Assembly (NCBI GenBank): GCA_045107075.1
Contig: JBGCFV010000001.1
Span: 47,245-111,244 of the forward strand
Length of the DNA: 64,000 bases
DNA from: Gammaproteobacteria bacterium
GTDB lineage: Bacteria; Pseudomonadota; Gammaproteobacteria; Steroidobacterales; SZUA-146
Direction: 5' to 3'
Both the position numbers and the translations under genes were made by a program. Shown here one piece after another: positions 40,435 through 50,070 of this stretch. Each line of letters starts with the position of its first letter. Within the stretch, counting starts at the first letter, position 1. Under the pieces are notes generated by a model. The model had not been told where the DNA came from and did no database searches. It saw only the letters and a list, made by a program, of their open reading frames with translations.

Positions 40435-41026
40435 GAGGCCTGGTGTGACGCGCCGTACTTCGGGCGCTTATTAGAGTGATTGGATGTTAGCAGAACTGAA
40501 GTCGAACCGGTGCTATCAGCTGCTGTTATCGATAAAGAGCCGGATAAAGAGATTCGGTCGCCCATTTTTGGCTCGTAGGCCAATTCGGTTTCCCAAGTGA
40601 CCGTTCTTTATATCCATGACCGGGAGACTACTTTGCCCGGTCGAGTATCAACGTGAACGGTTAGGGCAGAGTGGCGGTCGTATTTCTTTTTCCGGGTTTC
40701 CGGGTCGGTCGAGTAGGCTCTGACACCCCAGACATTATGGTTAAATTAGGATGATTCGTCCATTCAGCCACAGGCATTCTGTAGGGGGCTGTCGGTGCTA
40801 TTTTCGGTTAATAGACTGATTTAGATACTAAAAAAGTAAAAACGTACATTATGGACACAGTCTAATAAATATCGTTGCTGTGGCTAATTAGCCCCATCCC
40901 AAAGGCGATTCCAAACAGTACGTTATGCATAAGCGGTGAGAGTGTGTAGCTCAGAGGCCGCGATAAAGCAGTCGTTTATTTCGCTGATTTTTCATAACGC
41001 CATAAATAACATGAATATTATTTTAG

Positions 41027-41042
41027 TGGCATAGATCTTGTA
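41027..41042 (+). promoter_or_regulatory. Probable sigma54 promoter (variant -12)
   Basis: TGGCATAGATCTTGTA (GG-N10-GT) preceded by an AT-rich tract, upstream of the EF-hand gene and next to a sigma54 activator gene. Confidence 0.5.
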
Positions 41043-41107
41043 GTGATGACTTCGAGTTCGTTTGAAACTCGCTTTCAATCACAGCCATAGCGGCTCAAGG
41101 AGAAATC

Positions 41108-41353
41108 ATGAAGAAGCGACTATTAACTATACCAACCAGTTTGTTGTTGACCGGCGCCGTTTGGCCGGTAGTGACGATGGCAGAAGAAGCCGACTCGGCT
41201 CGAAGTCTGGATCGCAATCAGGATGGGTTCATCTCTCTTGCTGAAGCAGACGCCGACGTCTACCTGGCTGATCAATTTGCCATACTCGACGTCAATGGAG
41301 ACGGGCTGCTCGATCCTAAAGAGCTGGCAGCTCAACACGCCAAAGACGAGTAG
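41108..41353 (+). CDS. Small secreted EF-hand protein
   Basis: Signal peptide; two EF loops, DRNQDGFISLAE and DVNGDGLLDPKE; AGGAG RBS. Confidence 0.85.
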   Translation: MKKRLLTIPTSLLLTGAVWPVVTMAEEADSARSLDRNQDGFISLAEADADVYLADQFAILDVNGDGLLDPKELAAQHAKDE

Positions 41354-41522
41354 TGCAACGACTGTTGTAGGTTTTGCGGGGATGGCGGTAGCTTGGGGCT
41401 GCCGCCATGTCGCCTCACGATGGAGAGTGGTAGTTATGACAGGTCGAGCTTATAGTGGTGGAGTCTTAGGTAACGCAGCAACACAGGCGGCTCACAGCCC
41501 GTCGGTGTCACTTCTAAAACCC

Positions 41523-42869
41523 ATGAAAGAATTTAACGGTCGGGTATTACTGGTCGACGATGATCCCGGTTTACTCAAACTGCTGAGCTACCGTTTACGC
41601 TCTGCAGGTTTTGAAGTTAAGGCCGTTGGCTGTGGGCAGGACGCGCTTGACGCGCTCGATACCTATCATCCGCGACTCGTCATAAGCGACCTTCGCATGG
41701 ATGGTATGGACGGCATGGCGCTGTTCGACAGCATTCACAGCCAGCGACCAGCGCTACCTGTGATTATTCTTACCGCACACGGCACCATTCCCGACGCTGT
41801 TGACGCAACGCGTCGCGGTCTTTTCGGCTTTCTCACCAAGCCATTTGACAGCGATCAGCTGCTGGACTGCGTGCGACGCGCGGTATCTTTAAACTCCAGT
41901 TCGACCGATTCAATCGATTCCGACGAATGGCAAAAAGACATCATTACCCGTAGTCCTCAAATGCTGGCGCTGTTGGAGCGTGGCAGACTGGCGGCGCGTA
42001 CTCCCACTCCGGTGTTTATTCACGGTGACAGCGGCACGGGCAAGGAGCTTTTGGCGAGTGCGATTCACAATGCAAGCGATCGAAAAGACAAACCTTTCGT
42101 TCCGATAAACTGCACGGCCATTCCTGAAAACTTGCTCGAGTCGGAGCTGTTTGGTCATGCCAAAGGAGCGTTTACAGGAGCCACAGAGTCGCGTGGAGGT
42201 TTGTTCCGGGCGGCGAATGGCGGCACGTTGTTTTTGGATGAAATTGGCGATATGTCGATGGCGTTCCAGGGCAAACTGTTGCGCGCCCTTCAGGAAAAAG
42301 AAATTCGACCGGTAGGCAGCAGTAAAACCACGCCCGTTGACGTGCGAATTATTTCCGCAACGCATCGTGACCTCGACGCTGCTGTGGCGGCGGGCGAGTT
42401 TCGTGAAGATTTATACTACCGGCTGAAGGTGGTCGATTTGGAATTGCCACCACTCAGTCAGCGCCGGGAAGATATAGCGCTTCTGGCAGCGCACTTTCTT
42501 GACAGAGTGCGACAGAGCTACGAAACGCCGGTTACCGGCTTTGCTCCGAAAGCTATGGAAACGCTACTCGAAGCGAGCTGGCCGGGTAACGTGCGTCAGT
42601 TGCAAAACGTGATTGAGCAAACCGCTGCGTTGTCGACCACGCCTGTTATTCCGCAAACGCTCGTTCAGGCTGCGTTGAATGAAGACGACATTGGATTTAC
42701 CACTCTTACTGAAGCGCGGAACCGCTTTGAACGCCAGTATCTTGTCAGGCTGCTACGAGCTACCCGTGGCAACGTGAGTCGCGCTGCCCGACTAGCGGGA
42801 CGCGATCGCAGTAAGTTTTATCAGCTTCTGCGCAGGCACCACCTGGATCCGGCTCAGTTTCGCGACTAA
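41523..42869 (+). CDS. glrR: Sigma54-dependent response regulator, GlrR/QseF-like
   Basis: Receiver [11 protein letters not shown]…SDLRMD…[10 protein letters not shown]; [14 protein letters not shown]; Fis [19 protein letters not shown]. Confidence 0.8.
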   Translation: MKEFNGRVLLVDDDPGLLKLLSYRLRSAGFEVKAVGCGQDALDALDTYHPRLVISDLRMDGMDGMALFDSIHSQRPALPVIILTAHGTIPDAVDATRRGLFGFLTKPFDSDQLLDCVRRAVSLNSSSTDSIDSDEWQKDIITRSPQMLALLERGRLAARTPTPVFIHGDSGTGKELLASAIHNASDRKDKPFVPINCTAIPENLLESELFGHAKGAFTGATESRGGLFRAANGGTLFLDEIGDMSMAFQGKLLRALQEKEIRPVGSSKTTPVDVRIISATHRDLDAAVAAGEFREDLYYRLKVVDLELPPLSQRREDIALLAAHFLDRVRQSYETPVTGFAPKAMETLLEASWPGNVRQLQNVIEQTAALSTTPVIPQTLVQAALNEDDIGFTTLTEARNRFERQYLVRLLRATRGNVSRAARLAGRDRSKFYQLLRRHHLDPAQFRD

Positions 42870-43080
42870 CGGTTGCTAAATCCCTGAATTGTCGTATCTT
42901 TGCTGTACGTGGTTGAGAATTCTTAATAGTGCGTGAGAGATAGGGTCCGCGGCTTGCCAGAACTGTGAAGCAGTTCCTGTTGGAGCATCGGGCAGACCCT
43001 GACAATCAGGGTACTCGTTAAGGAAAACGGTATCGATTGGGCACCGTGGCCTGAACGGTACGGCAAAGGGATAATAGACG

Positions 43081-44868
43081 ATGAGGCTTTCAGCACGAAC
43101 TGTGTTTGGCGCTCTTGGTTCAGCAAGTTTGCTGGCCCACGTTAACTCAATGGCGGCTTCTTCTTCGACGGCTACACAATTACCCTCTCTTACTGCCTTT
43201 GGCTCTGCAGTTACCGTATGCGTATTGACGCTTGCGGGTGGCGTGATGCTGCGCAGTCGTCTGCCCGTATTGTCGTCCGGCTTTGGTGTGGTCACAACGG
43301 CTTTTCTTTGGCTGTTGGTATGGAATCCGAGCGATGTCTCTCATGCTCTTCAGGCCGTTGTTACACTTGCACTGTGCGTTATCGCCATTGAGATCAGCCT
43401 GTCTTTGAGCGCCACTCCGTACCGCGGTGTTTTGCTACTGTCATTCAGAACTACTCAGATTATTTCACTGGCGCTTGGTGCGACCATTTTATTGGCCTCA
43501 CGCCAGTCGTTACTGGCGACCGTGAGTCTTGCGTGTTGCTCGACGGTGTTCATGGTGCTAGCCGCTAATGCCTTTTACATTGGAGTGTTCAAGCAACGTT
43601 TTACGCTGTTCTTCGCATTAGCGTGGGTAGCGATGGCTTTCGCCGCGCTCAAAATGATGGCTCTGGGTTACGTTAGTTTGTCTGTTGAGCCAGTAGGGCC
43701 TTCTGGCCTTCTCGGTTCGGCTCAACAAGTCCAATACTTGTTGACGTTAACGATCTTCTTGCTGGCGCTCGGACTCATGCAAAAAACCATGCGCTCGCAT
43801 TCGGCCTGGGCCAAAGAGCTGGCTGCATCCAAACAAACCGATCGCATGCTCAGGCTGGAGCAAACTCAGCGAGAGTTCTCCCGTGAGGTGGATGATTTTC
43901 TGGGTACCGTACTACCCAACGATTTCGAAGAGGTCGTGTTAAACAGTTTCCTGACGCACCTCGACCGTGTAATTGACGTGTCAGCGTCGGCTGTTGTGAT
44001 TGCGCATCGGGGACAGATGCGTGTGGTTAGTCGGTTTCCACAAGGTGACGATTTAAGCTTCAGCTCTGTTTTGGTAACGAGAGAGAATCTGCTCCAAAGT
44101 GTGTGTCTCTCTGACAAGGCGGCCGTGTTGCACTCTGACGATAATGGTTTACGAGTCGACAATGAATTGCTCTCAACGCTCTGTGTTGTTCCGGTCGAAG
44201 CGCCACGCAATGATTGGGCCGGCGTTGTTCTGGCACGAACGTCGGAGCATGTGTTTAATCTCGACGAGATGTTGCTGGTGAAGAGTTTTGCAGAGCACGT
44301 CAGAGCGTCGTTCGTCAGCGCCAACAAATACAACCGTATTCGCAGGCAGGCTGAAACGGATATGTTGACCGGGCTGATGAATCGACGCGCAATCACTGCC
44401 CGCGCCGAACGCGCCTTCAAGAAGGCTCGGTCGCTAAGACGTGAGCTTTCGATTCTGTTTATCGATATCGATAATTTCAAAGCGGTTAACGATTTACACG
44501 GCCACGAGGCGGGCGATCAGGCTTTATATAGCGTTGCCCAGCTATGCGAGAAATCGCTGAGAGACGAAGACAGGGTTGGTCGATTTGGAGGCGAAGAATT
44601 TATCGTGATACTGCCCGGAACTGGCGAAGAGCACGCTCACCTGGTAGCAGAACGCATTCGTGAGTCCGTAGCGCAATCACCTCTTAGTGTCGACGGTGCG
44701 CTGCTCGATCTGACCGTTAGTATTGGTATTTCGGAACTGGCGCCACGTTTTAAAACCACACAAGACATGCTCAATGCGGCTGACCGAGCACTTTACGCGG
44801 CCAAGCGTGACGGCCGTAATCGTGTGGTTCACCATATGCGTATTGTGAGTAGTAATACCGATCTCTAG
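43081..44868 (+). CDS. Membrane diguanylate cyclase (TM-GAF-GGDEF)
   Basis: Multiple TM helices; DMLTGLMNRR, DIDNFK, RDED I-site, GGEEF. Confidence 0.9.
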   Translation: MRLSARTVFGALGSASLLAHVNSMAASSSTATQLPSLTAFGSAVTVCVLTLAGGVMLRSRLPVLSSGFGVVTTAFLWLLVWNPSDVSHALQAVVTLALCVIAIEISLSLSATPYRGVLLLSFRTTQIISLALGATILLASRQSLLATVSLACCSTVFMVLAANAFYIGVFKQRFTLFFALAWVAMAFAALKMMALGYVSLSVEPVGPSGLLGSAQQVQYLLTLTIFLLALGLMQKTMRSHSAWAKELAASKQTDRMLRLEQTQREFSREVDDFLGTVLPNDFEEVVLNSFLTHLDRVIDVSASAVVIAHRGQMRVVSRFPQGDDLSFSSVLVTRENLLQSVCLSDKAAVLHSDDNGLRVDNELLSTLCVVPVEAPRNDWAGVVLARTSEHVFNLDEMLLVKSFAEHVRASFVSANKYNRIRRQAETDMLTGLMNRRAITARAERAFKKARSLRRELSILFIDIDNFKAVNDLHGHEAGDQALYSVAQLCEKSLRDEDRVGRFGGEEFIVILPGTGEEHAHLVAERIRESVAQSPLSVDGALLDLTVSIGISELAPRFKTTQDMLNAADRALYAAKRDGRNRVVHHMRIVSSNTDL

Positions 44869-44933
44869 CTTTGCAGTTGGATAAGGTAACTGTGACTCGT
44901 TGAAGCTCAGCCAAGCTTGTCCGAATGTGCTTT

Positions 44934-45020
44934 CAGGCTGCACGGCTCATCTTGCCGCGATGAAATACGCGATGCTCTCCTAATGTGAGAACCTGTTCGA
45001 GGCAGGATGCCGCTTCTACG
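44934..45020. repeat. REP-like inverted pair, same family as 3972-4060
   Basis: CAGGCTGCACGGCTCATCTTGCCGCGATGAAATACGCGA … TCGAGGCAGGATGCCGCTTCTAC. Confidence 0.7.
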
Positions 45021-45178
45021 AAACCTGTACTCCCGCTCATTTACCGCCGTCCGGAACTCGGTATCCGCTGCCTCAATTGGCCATAGTTAGCCCGCGCTTC
45101 GCCATTTGGTATCGGCGTCCTGCCCGAATGCTTTGTTTAACTGTACTCACTGAATTTGAGCCCACAGGAGAACTCAAC

Positions 45179-46006
45179 ATGAACCCTAACGAAAAAACGA
45201 ACGTAACTTTTAAGCAATCTGTTCTAACTTGCGCTGTCGCTTGCGCGCTGGCGTTATCACCGACCGTTAGTGCAACTGACCATGCCCGTACCGGTGCGTC
45301 AAAGAGTGAAGTGGCAGGAGTCAGCACCGGGGCCGTGATTGGTGGCGTGCTGGGCGGTCCGGTCGGCGTAATACTGGGCGCGGCCATTGGCGGTCACTAC
45401 GGCGACACCCGCCACCAGGCAAAAACGAATCAAAAGCTGGCGCGTGAATCGCTGAGTAGTCTGGACAGTACTCGCAATCGACTGAAAGCGGCCCTTGCTG
45501 AACAGGAGAGGCTCGACGTCGAACTTCTTGAGGCGAGTGAGGAAGTTTACGCTCTGAACCAGGAGATGGAGCAGCTTTTCGTCGAGCGAGCGCTAGTAGA
45601 CGGGCTCCAGTTCGATGTTCATTTCGATACCGATGAAGTAGTACTGGGCGACCTTGATCAGACGCGACTTGCGACGCTTTCGGAGCTCTTGAAATCGTTA
45701 CCGGAAGCTGAAGTTGCGCTTCACGGCTTTGCAGATTCTCGCGGGGGCAGAACATACAACGAGGTGCTTTCGCAGGACCGCGCTTACGCCGTTGCCGATA
45801 CGCTGAGTGCATTGGGTGTTGCTACAGCTCAGATCAAAACCTACGCTTTTGGTGAGAGTCAGTCCACTTACGCCGGTGACAACGTTGACTCTTATTCACA
45901 CGATCGAAGAGTGAGTATTCGTCTCAGCCTGCCCGCGCAGTCGGCTGAAGCTTCGACCGAAAACGAGGCGGTACCCGGCGTCGCCAACGTCGGAAGAGGT
46001 CAATAA
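45179..46006 (+). CDS. OmpA-family protein, PdsO-like
   Basis: Signal peptide, glycine zipper GAVIGGVLGGPVGVILGAAIGG, coiled coil, OmpA_C (HGFADSRG…N..LS..RA…DRRV). Confidence 0.8.
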   Translation: MNPNEKTNVTFKQSVLTCAVACALALSPTVSATDHARTGASKSEVAGVSTGAVIGGVLGGPVGVILGAAIGGHYGDTRHQAKTNQKLARESLSSLDSTRNRLKAALAEQERLDVELLEASEEVYALNQEMEQLFVERALVDGLQFDVHFDTDEVVLGDLDQTRLATLSELLKSLPEAEVALHGFADSRGGRTYNEVLSQDRAYAVADTLSALGVATAQIKTYAFGESQSTYAGDNVDSYSHDRRVSIRLSLPAQSAEASTENEAVPGVANVGRGQ

Positions 46007-46039
46007 AAAAAGGCCGCCTGATTGTCAGGCGGCCTTTTT
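46007..46039. terminator. Bidirectional rho-independent terminator
   Basis: AAAAAGGCCGCCTGA-TTG-TCAGGCGGCCTTTTT. Confidence 0.9.
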
Positions 46040-46126
46040 GTTTGTGTCCCCATGTGTGCCAGGGACGGCGCGCATTTTAATCACGCCAGCGCGGCGCCGG
46101 GAGGTTCCCGGTCGCTCGCAGACAGA

Positions 46127-46786
46127 CTATGGAATAGCGGCAATCATGTCGTTCTCGCCCAGTTCGTAAACTACGGCGTCTGACCAATCGCCTTTTTCAC
46201 AGAACGCCTCAGCTGTCGCTTGGTCGACAAAGTTAGGCACTTCAATAGCCGCACCGTTCTCACCGTCCATGCTGTTTGGTACAGCCCGAAATTGAACGTA
46301 ATTGCCCACGGCGTACTGGCCCGACTTAAACTTGTCAGCGGTGGATGAGTTCTCGGTAATTTTTCCGGATAACCAGATGCGACGATCCGCGCTGTTAATG
46401 CTGACGCAGCTCATCTCGCCATTGACGTCCATTTTGCCGCCTTCCTGAAACGAGTAGAAACGGAATCGACCGTAGCCTGAGTTGTCAGACAGCACAGAGC
46501 CTTCCAGTGTGAAGGTATAAGTTGCACCGCTGTTATCTTGAAAGCTGCCTTTACCGAAAGAGCTTGCAACGGTTTTTTCCAGTCGTTTCTGATCTTCGGC
46601 GGTCAGATTGCCAAAGGTATTAGCAGGTGGTTTTGGTTTGGCTACAGCTTCTGCAGGGTTTGGTTTAGCTTCCGCAGGGGCGTCTTTTGCCATGGCGTCG
46701 GCCGCCGGTGCAGGGGCCTCTTCTTTGGCGCAGCCCGTCAGGGCAATACACAGGCTTAATAAAAGAGCAGAAAAAGAATGGCGCAT
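46127..46786 (-). CDS. Hypothetical lipoprotein
   Basis: Lipobox LTGC, Ala/Pro linker, beta-rich domain with two Cys. Confidence 0.75.
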   Translation of the reverse strand: MRHSFSALLLSLCIALTGCAKEEAPAPAADAMAKDAPAEAKPNPAEAVAKPKPPANTFGNLTAEDQKRLEKTVASSFGKGSFQDNSGATYTFTLEGSVLSDNSGYGRFRFYSFQEGGKMDVNGEMSCVSINSADRRIWLSGKITENSSTADKFKSGQYAVGNYVQFRAVPNSMDGENGAAIEVPNFVDQATAEAFCEKGDWSDAVVYELGENDMIAAIP

Positions 46787-47120
46787 CGATCAGTCTCCAT
46801 TGTCGATTGAAACCGCACCAGCCGCGCGGTAAAGGGCCATTAGTTTAAATAGGCGGTTGCCTGAAAGAAAGGCCTCCAGACGGCAACATGCCTGCTTTTT
46901 GACGATTTTTTTGCCTCAAATGCTCGTATTGGTTCAAATGACGCAATTTAGCCACTTTTAAGCAAAGAGCTGGTTGAATATGTTAAGTCGCTTGTTGGGG
47001 AAGCAAAGGTTGTGAATTCCGCCAAATGGCGCGATAGGGCGATTCAGTATGGCCAACGGCGTCGTGTGTTTTATTGCGGCTGGAGCCCACTGCACCGCAG
47101 CTGGCCCAGCTGTTCGTTTT

Positions 47121-48929
47121 CTAGCTAGGAGTCAGGCCGTGAGCAGTCAAATCAGGACGAATGGGTGCGTACGGAAGAATGTCGATCACTTCGCCTGCCA
47201 GATGCCGCTGTTTGAGATCGTTCCAGTAATCAGCCGTTAATATTTCGCTGTGATGTTCCACAAGTACGTCAAGCAAGCTGTCGTCCAGACCAAGAAAAGT
47301 GGGGAATTGTTCGGGAAACACGTCGGCCTCACCGACATAAAACCAGGCCCCGGCCTTCATCTCTTCTTCGTGCGTTAAGGCTTTTGGCATGTCGCGGAAA
47401 TTACACTCGGTTACCAGGCAAAGTTCATCGTAGTCGTAAAATATAACGCGCCCGTGTCGCGTAACACCAAAGTTCTTTAGCAGCAGATCGCCCGGAAAAA
47501 TATTGGACGCGGCCAGGTCTCGAAGAGCATGACCGTAGTCGATGACGGCGCGAGCCGCCTGAGCGTGATCGACTTCACGCAGATACTGATTAAGAGGGCG
47601 GATTTTTCGCTCAACGTAAAGATGGTCGATGATGACGTCATCGCCGATAACTCGTACGGTGTTTTCGGTCTCGTCGAGCAGTTCTTTAAGCAATGCCGGA
47701 TCAAACTTGTTTTTGTGAAATTTTAAATGCTGAAATTCCTGTGCATCGATTAAACGACCTGCGCGGTCGCGCTTGAACACAAGTTTATAGGCGTCAATAA
47801 CGTCTTTACGAACGGTTGTTTTCGGATACGAGAATTTGTCACGAATGACTTTAAACACAACCGGGTAATTGGGCAAAGAAAAAACCACCATAACCATGCC
47901 ACGGTCGAATGCCGCGTCTTCAAACCTGTCCGTACTCGACCGTAAATGAAGGAACATGTCGCGGTAGCGCTCTGTCTTACCTTGTTTTGCTCGGCCAAGA
48001 AGCGTGTAAATTTCGCTAACAGGTTTACGTGGCAGAATTGACTTAATGAACGCGACAGCGTCTCGAACGACGTCGAGGTCAACGTGAATATAGGAGCGCG
48101 AGAAACTGAAAATAATGCTGACGTCGTCTTCGTTGGTGATCACGGCGTCAACTACGTTACCCGAGTCCGTGTTTCGTAAAGCGATAACGAGTGGCAACAT
48201 ATAGTCGCTGCCGTGAATCCGGCCAACGAGGTAGGCACGGTTGTCCCGATAAAAAACCTGCTTGATGACGTCTACTGATTGCAGGGAGAAGTTTCCGCCT
48301 GTGTTAATGCAGTCAATATTGATTTTCGAGGCGACAAGATTGCTGGCCGCTATCAGGTCCTGAAACTCGCCTAGTTGAGCGTAGTCTCTTAAAACGGTAT
48401 TTACCAGCTTCCATACTGAGCCGTGGTTTGTGTAAGTCCGGTAGCCACCGTACTGACGGAGTTTCCCGAGCTGGGTTTCCTCGCTTGCCGCGAATTCCAC
48501 CTCCGGATTGACGCCAACAATGTCGAGTACGCGTCGTGATATGGAGCTGAAAAACGTTCGTGTAAATTCGGCATCGAGGTAAGGGCTTATGACGTCTTCG
48601 TAGTGGTCTCTAATGCGGGCCCAGGCATCGAGCGAGGTTGAGTGTTGTTTCAGTTTGTCGTGTAAGTGAGCTACGGCCTGGTCAACGCAGTGGCCGTAAA
48701 TTTCGATTCTCTGTACCGCGTCTCGCCGTGTGCCGTGACGATCACGTTGCCGAAAACGTGTTCGGGCTCGTTGGGTAATGGCGTGGAAGTAGAGGTTGTA
48801 GCGAGAAAATTCTGTGTAAATGTAAGCAGCGCATTCTCGAGTGAGCCTGGACGACGCCTCGTCTGTCGGTGCGGCTTCGCTGGACTTTGCAAGGGTCGAC
48901 GAGGAGCGGGCAGGCGGTGTCTCAGACAT
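47121..48929 (-). CDS. aceK: Isocitrate dehydrogenase kinase/phosphatase
   Basis: TFFSS, GMVMVVF…VFKVIRD, DRAGRL, NIFPGDLLLKNFGVTRHGRVIFYDYDE, DVFPEQF. Confidence 0.95.
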   Translation of the reverse strand: MSETPPARSSSTLAKSSEAAPTDEASSRLTRECAAYIYTEFSRYNLYFHAITQRARTRFRQRDRHGTRRDAVQRIEIYGHCVDQAVAHLHDKLKQHSTSLDAWARIRDHYEDVISPYLDAEFTRTFFSSISRRVLDIVGVNPEVEFAASEETQLGKLRQYGGYRTYTNHGSVWKLVNTVLRDYAQLGEFQDLIAASNLVASKINIDCINTGGNFSLQSVDVIKQVFYRDNRAYLVGRIHGSDYMLPLVIALRNTDSGNVVDAVITNEDDVSIIFSFSRSYIHVDLDVVRDAVAFIKSILPRKPVSEIYTLLGRAKQGKTERYRDMFLHLRSSTDRFEDAAFDRGMVMVVFSLPNYPVVFKVIRDKFSYPKTTVRKDVIDAYKLVFKRDRAGRLIDAQEFQHLKFHKNKFDPALLKELLDETENTVRVIGDDVIIDHLYVERKIRPLNQYLREVDHAQAARAVIDYGHALRDLAASNIFPGDLLLKNFGVTRHGRVIFYDYDELCLVTECNFRDMPKALTHEEEMKAGAWFYVGEADVFPEQFPTFLGLDDSLLDVLVEHHSEILTADYWNDLKQRHLAGEVIDILPYAPIRPDLTAHGLTPS

Positions 48930-49380
48930 CGCCGTTTTCGAGTTCGCGAATACGCATGGCTACTCTTTCTGGAATGTGACTCTTGCTTCCTTTGTTGTAG
49001 TCGTAGCAGACGACTTTGCCGGAACCACACGCGGCCAGAACCGGTTTTTCGGATGCGATAAAAAGTCCATAGTCCATCGTAAAGCGATCGTCCTGGAGCT
49101 GGCTGATGCGCGTGCCAACATAAAGCGCCTGCGGATACATGAGCGGCTTCATAAAGTAGCATTCGGTGTGCGCCAAAATGGGCGCGAGACCGTCATTTTG
49201 CTTGGGATCCGTAAACTGTATCTTCTCAAAATACGCCATGCGCGCAGCCTCAAACAGCCGAAAAAATACGGTGTTGTTCATGTGGCCGTACGCGTCCATG
49301 TCTCCCCATCGAACATGTTCGTCAGCATAGACAGGCAACTGAGCGAGTTGGAGATTAAACAGTGCGGGTCGCTGCGACAT
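48922..49380 (-). CDS. Acyl-CoA thioesterase (4HBT/YbgC-like)
   Basis: VRWGDMDAYGHMNN…FEAAR hot-dog motif. Confidence 0.9.
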   Translation of the reverse strand: MSQRPALFNLQLAQLPVYADEHVRWGDMDAYGHMNNTVFFRLFEAARMAYFEKIQFTDPKQNDGLAPILAHTECYFMKPLMYPQALYVGTRISQLQDDRFTMDYGLFIASEKPVLAACGSGKVVCYDYNKGSKSHIPERVAMRIRELENGDV

Positions 49381-49387
49381 GCGGCTG

Positions 49388-49648
49388 CTATTTACCGGGT
49401 GCAGCGCGTTGCACGGAGGTGTAGTTCACGGCTGGTTCGTCTCCAATACGGGAAAATTCGTGACGCGTTGCAATGGTTGCCATGACGCGATCACGTTCCT
49501 CAGCCGTAGCGTACCAACGAACGGTTTCCCAATCGGCTCCGACAAGGGCTGCGAAACCATCATGTGGTCTTAACGTGGCCTTGATGCCGTAGAGTTCAGA
49601 CGGATTGTCAGAGATTCGGTTGGGGTCGAAATTTTCAGAAGACGGCAT
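49388..49648 (-). CDS. Small hypothetical protein
   Basis: Ends 7 bp before the thioesterase start, in an apparent operon; YGI…LVG.DWE..RWY..AEERD…SRIGD pattern. Confidence 0.6.
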   Translation of the reverse strand: MPSSENFDPNRISDNPSELYGIKATLRPHDGFAALVGADWETVRWYATAEERDRVMATIATRHEFSRIGDEPAVNYTSVQRAAPGK

Positions 49649-50070
49649 AGAGTGTGTACCTGCTGGGTTAAAATTGAATATCGCCAATCGGAAAGTAGTC
49701 CAAATGCGACATTAGTGACATATCCGATGTGCTTTACCGTAAAGATCGGGGTATTCCCGGAAACAATTACCCTAGTACAGGGCTTGAAAACGAGACATAA
49801 TCTGTACCTACGCAATGCTATGTGTCCCTCTTGGGGACGGTGCAACGGAAAGGCTACAGTACCTTCTTAATAAAGAATCAATACACCGCTTGTGTGCCGG
49901 GTAAGAATAAACGCACAAGCGGTCGGAGTCACCCCCAGTTTGGAGGTTTCTCTCTATAAGGAAATGGCCGGTCAGGAAGTATCCTGAGCGGATATGTACG
50001 TGAGTCGTTTGTAGGTAACGCGAATAGCTTATCACTGCGAGTTGCCGAAATTGCGGAGCCAAGCGAACCT

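Noticed and set aside
41223-41522. 100-aa N-terminal extension of the GlrR-like regulator
   Set aside because: It overlaps the EF-hand gene out of frame, and the receiver domain begins right after the ATG at 41523.
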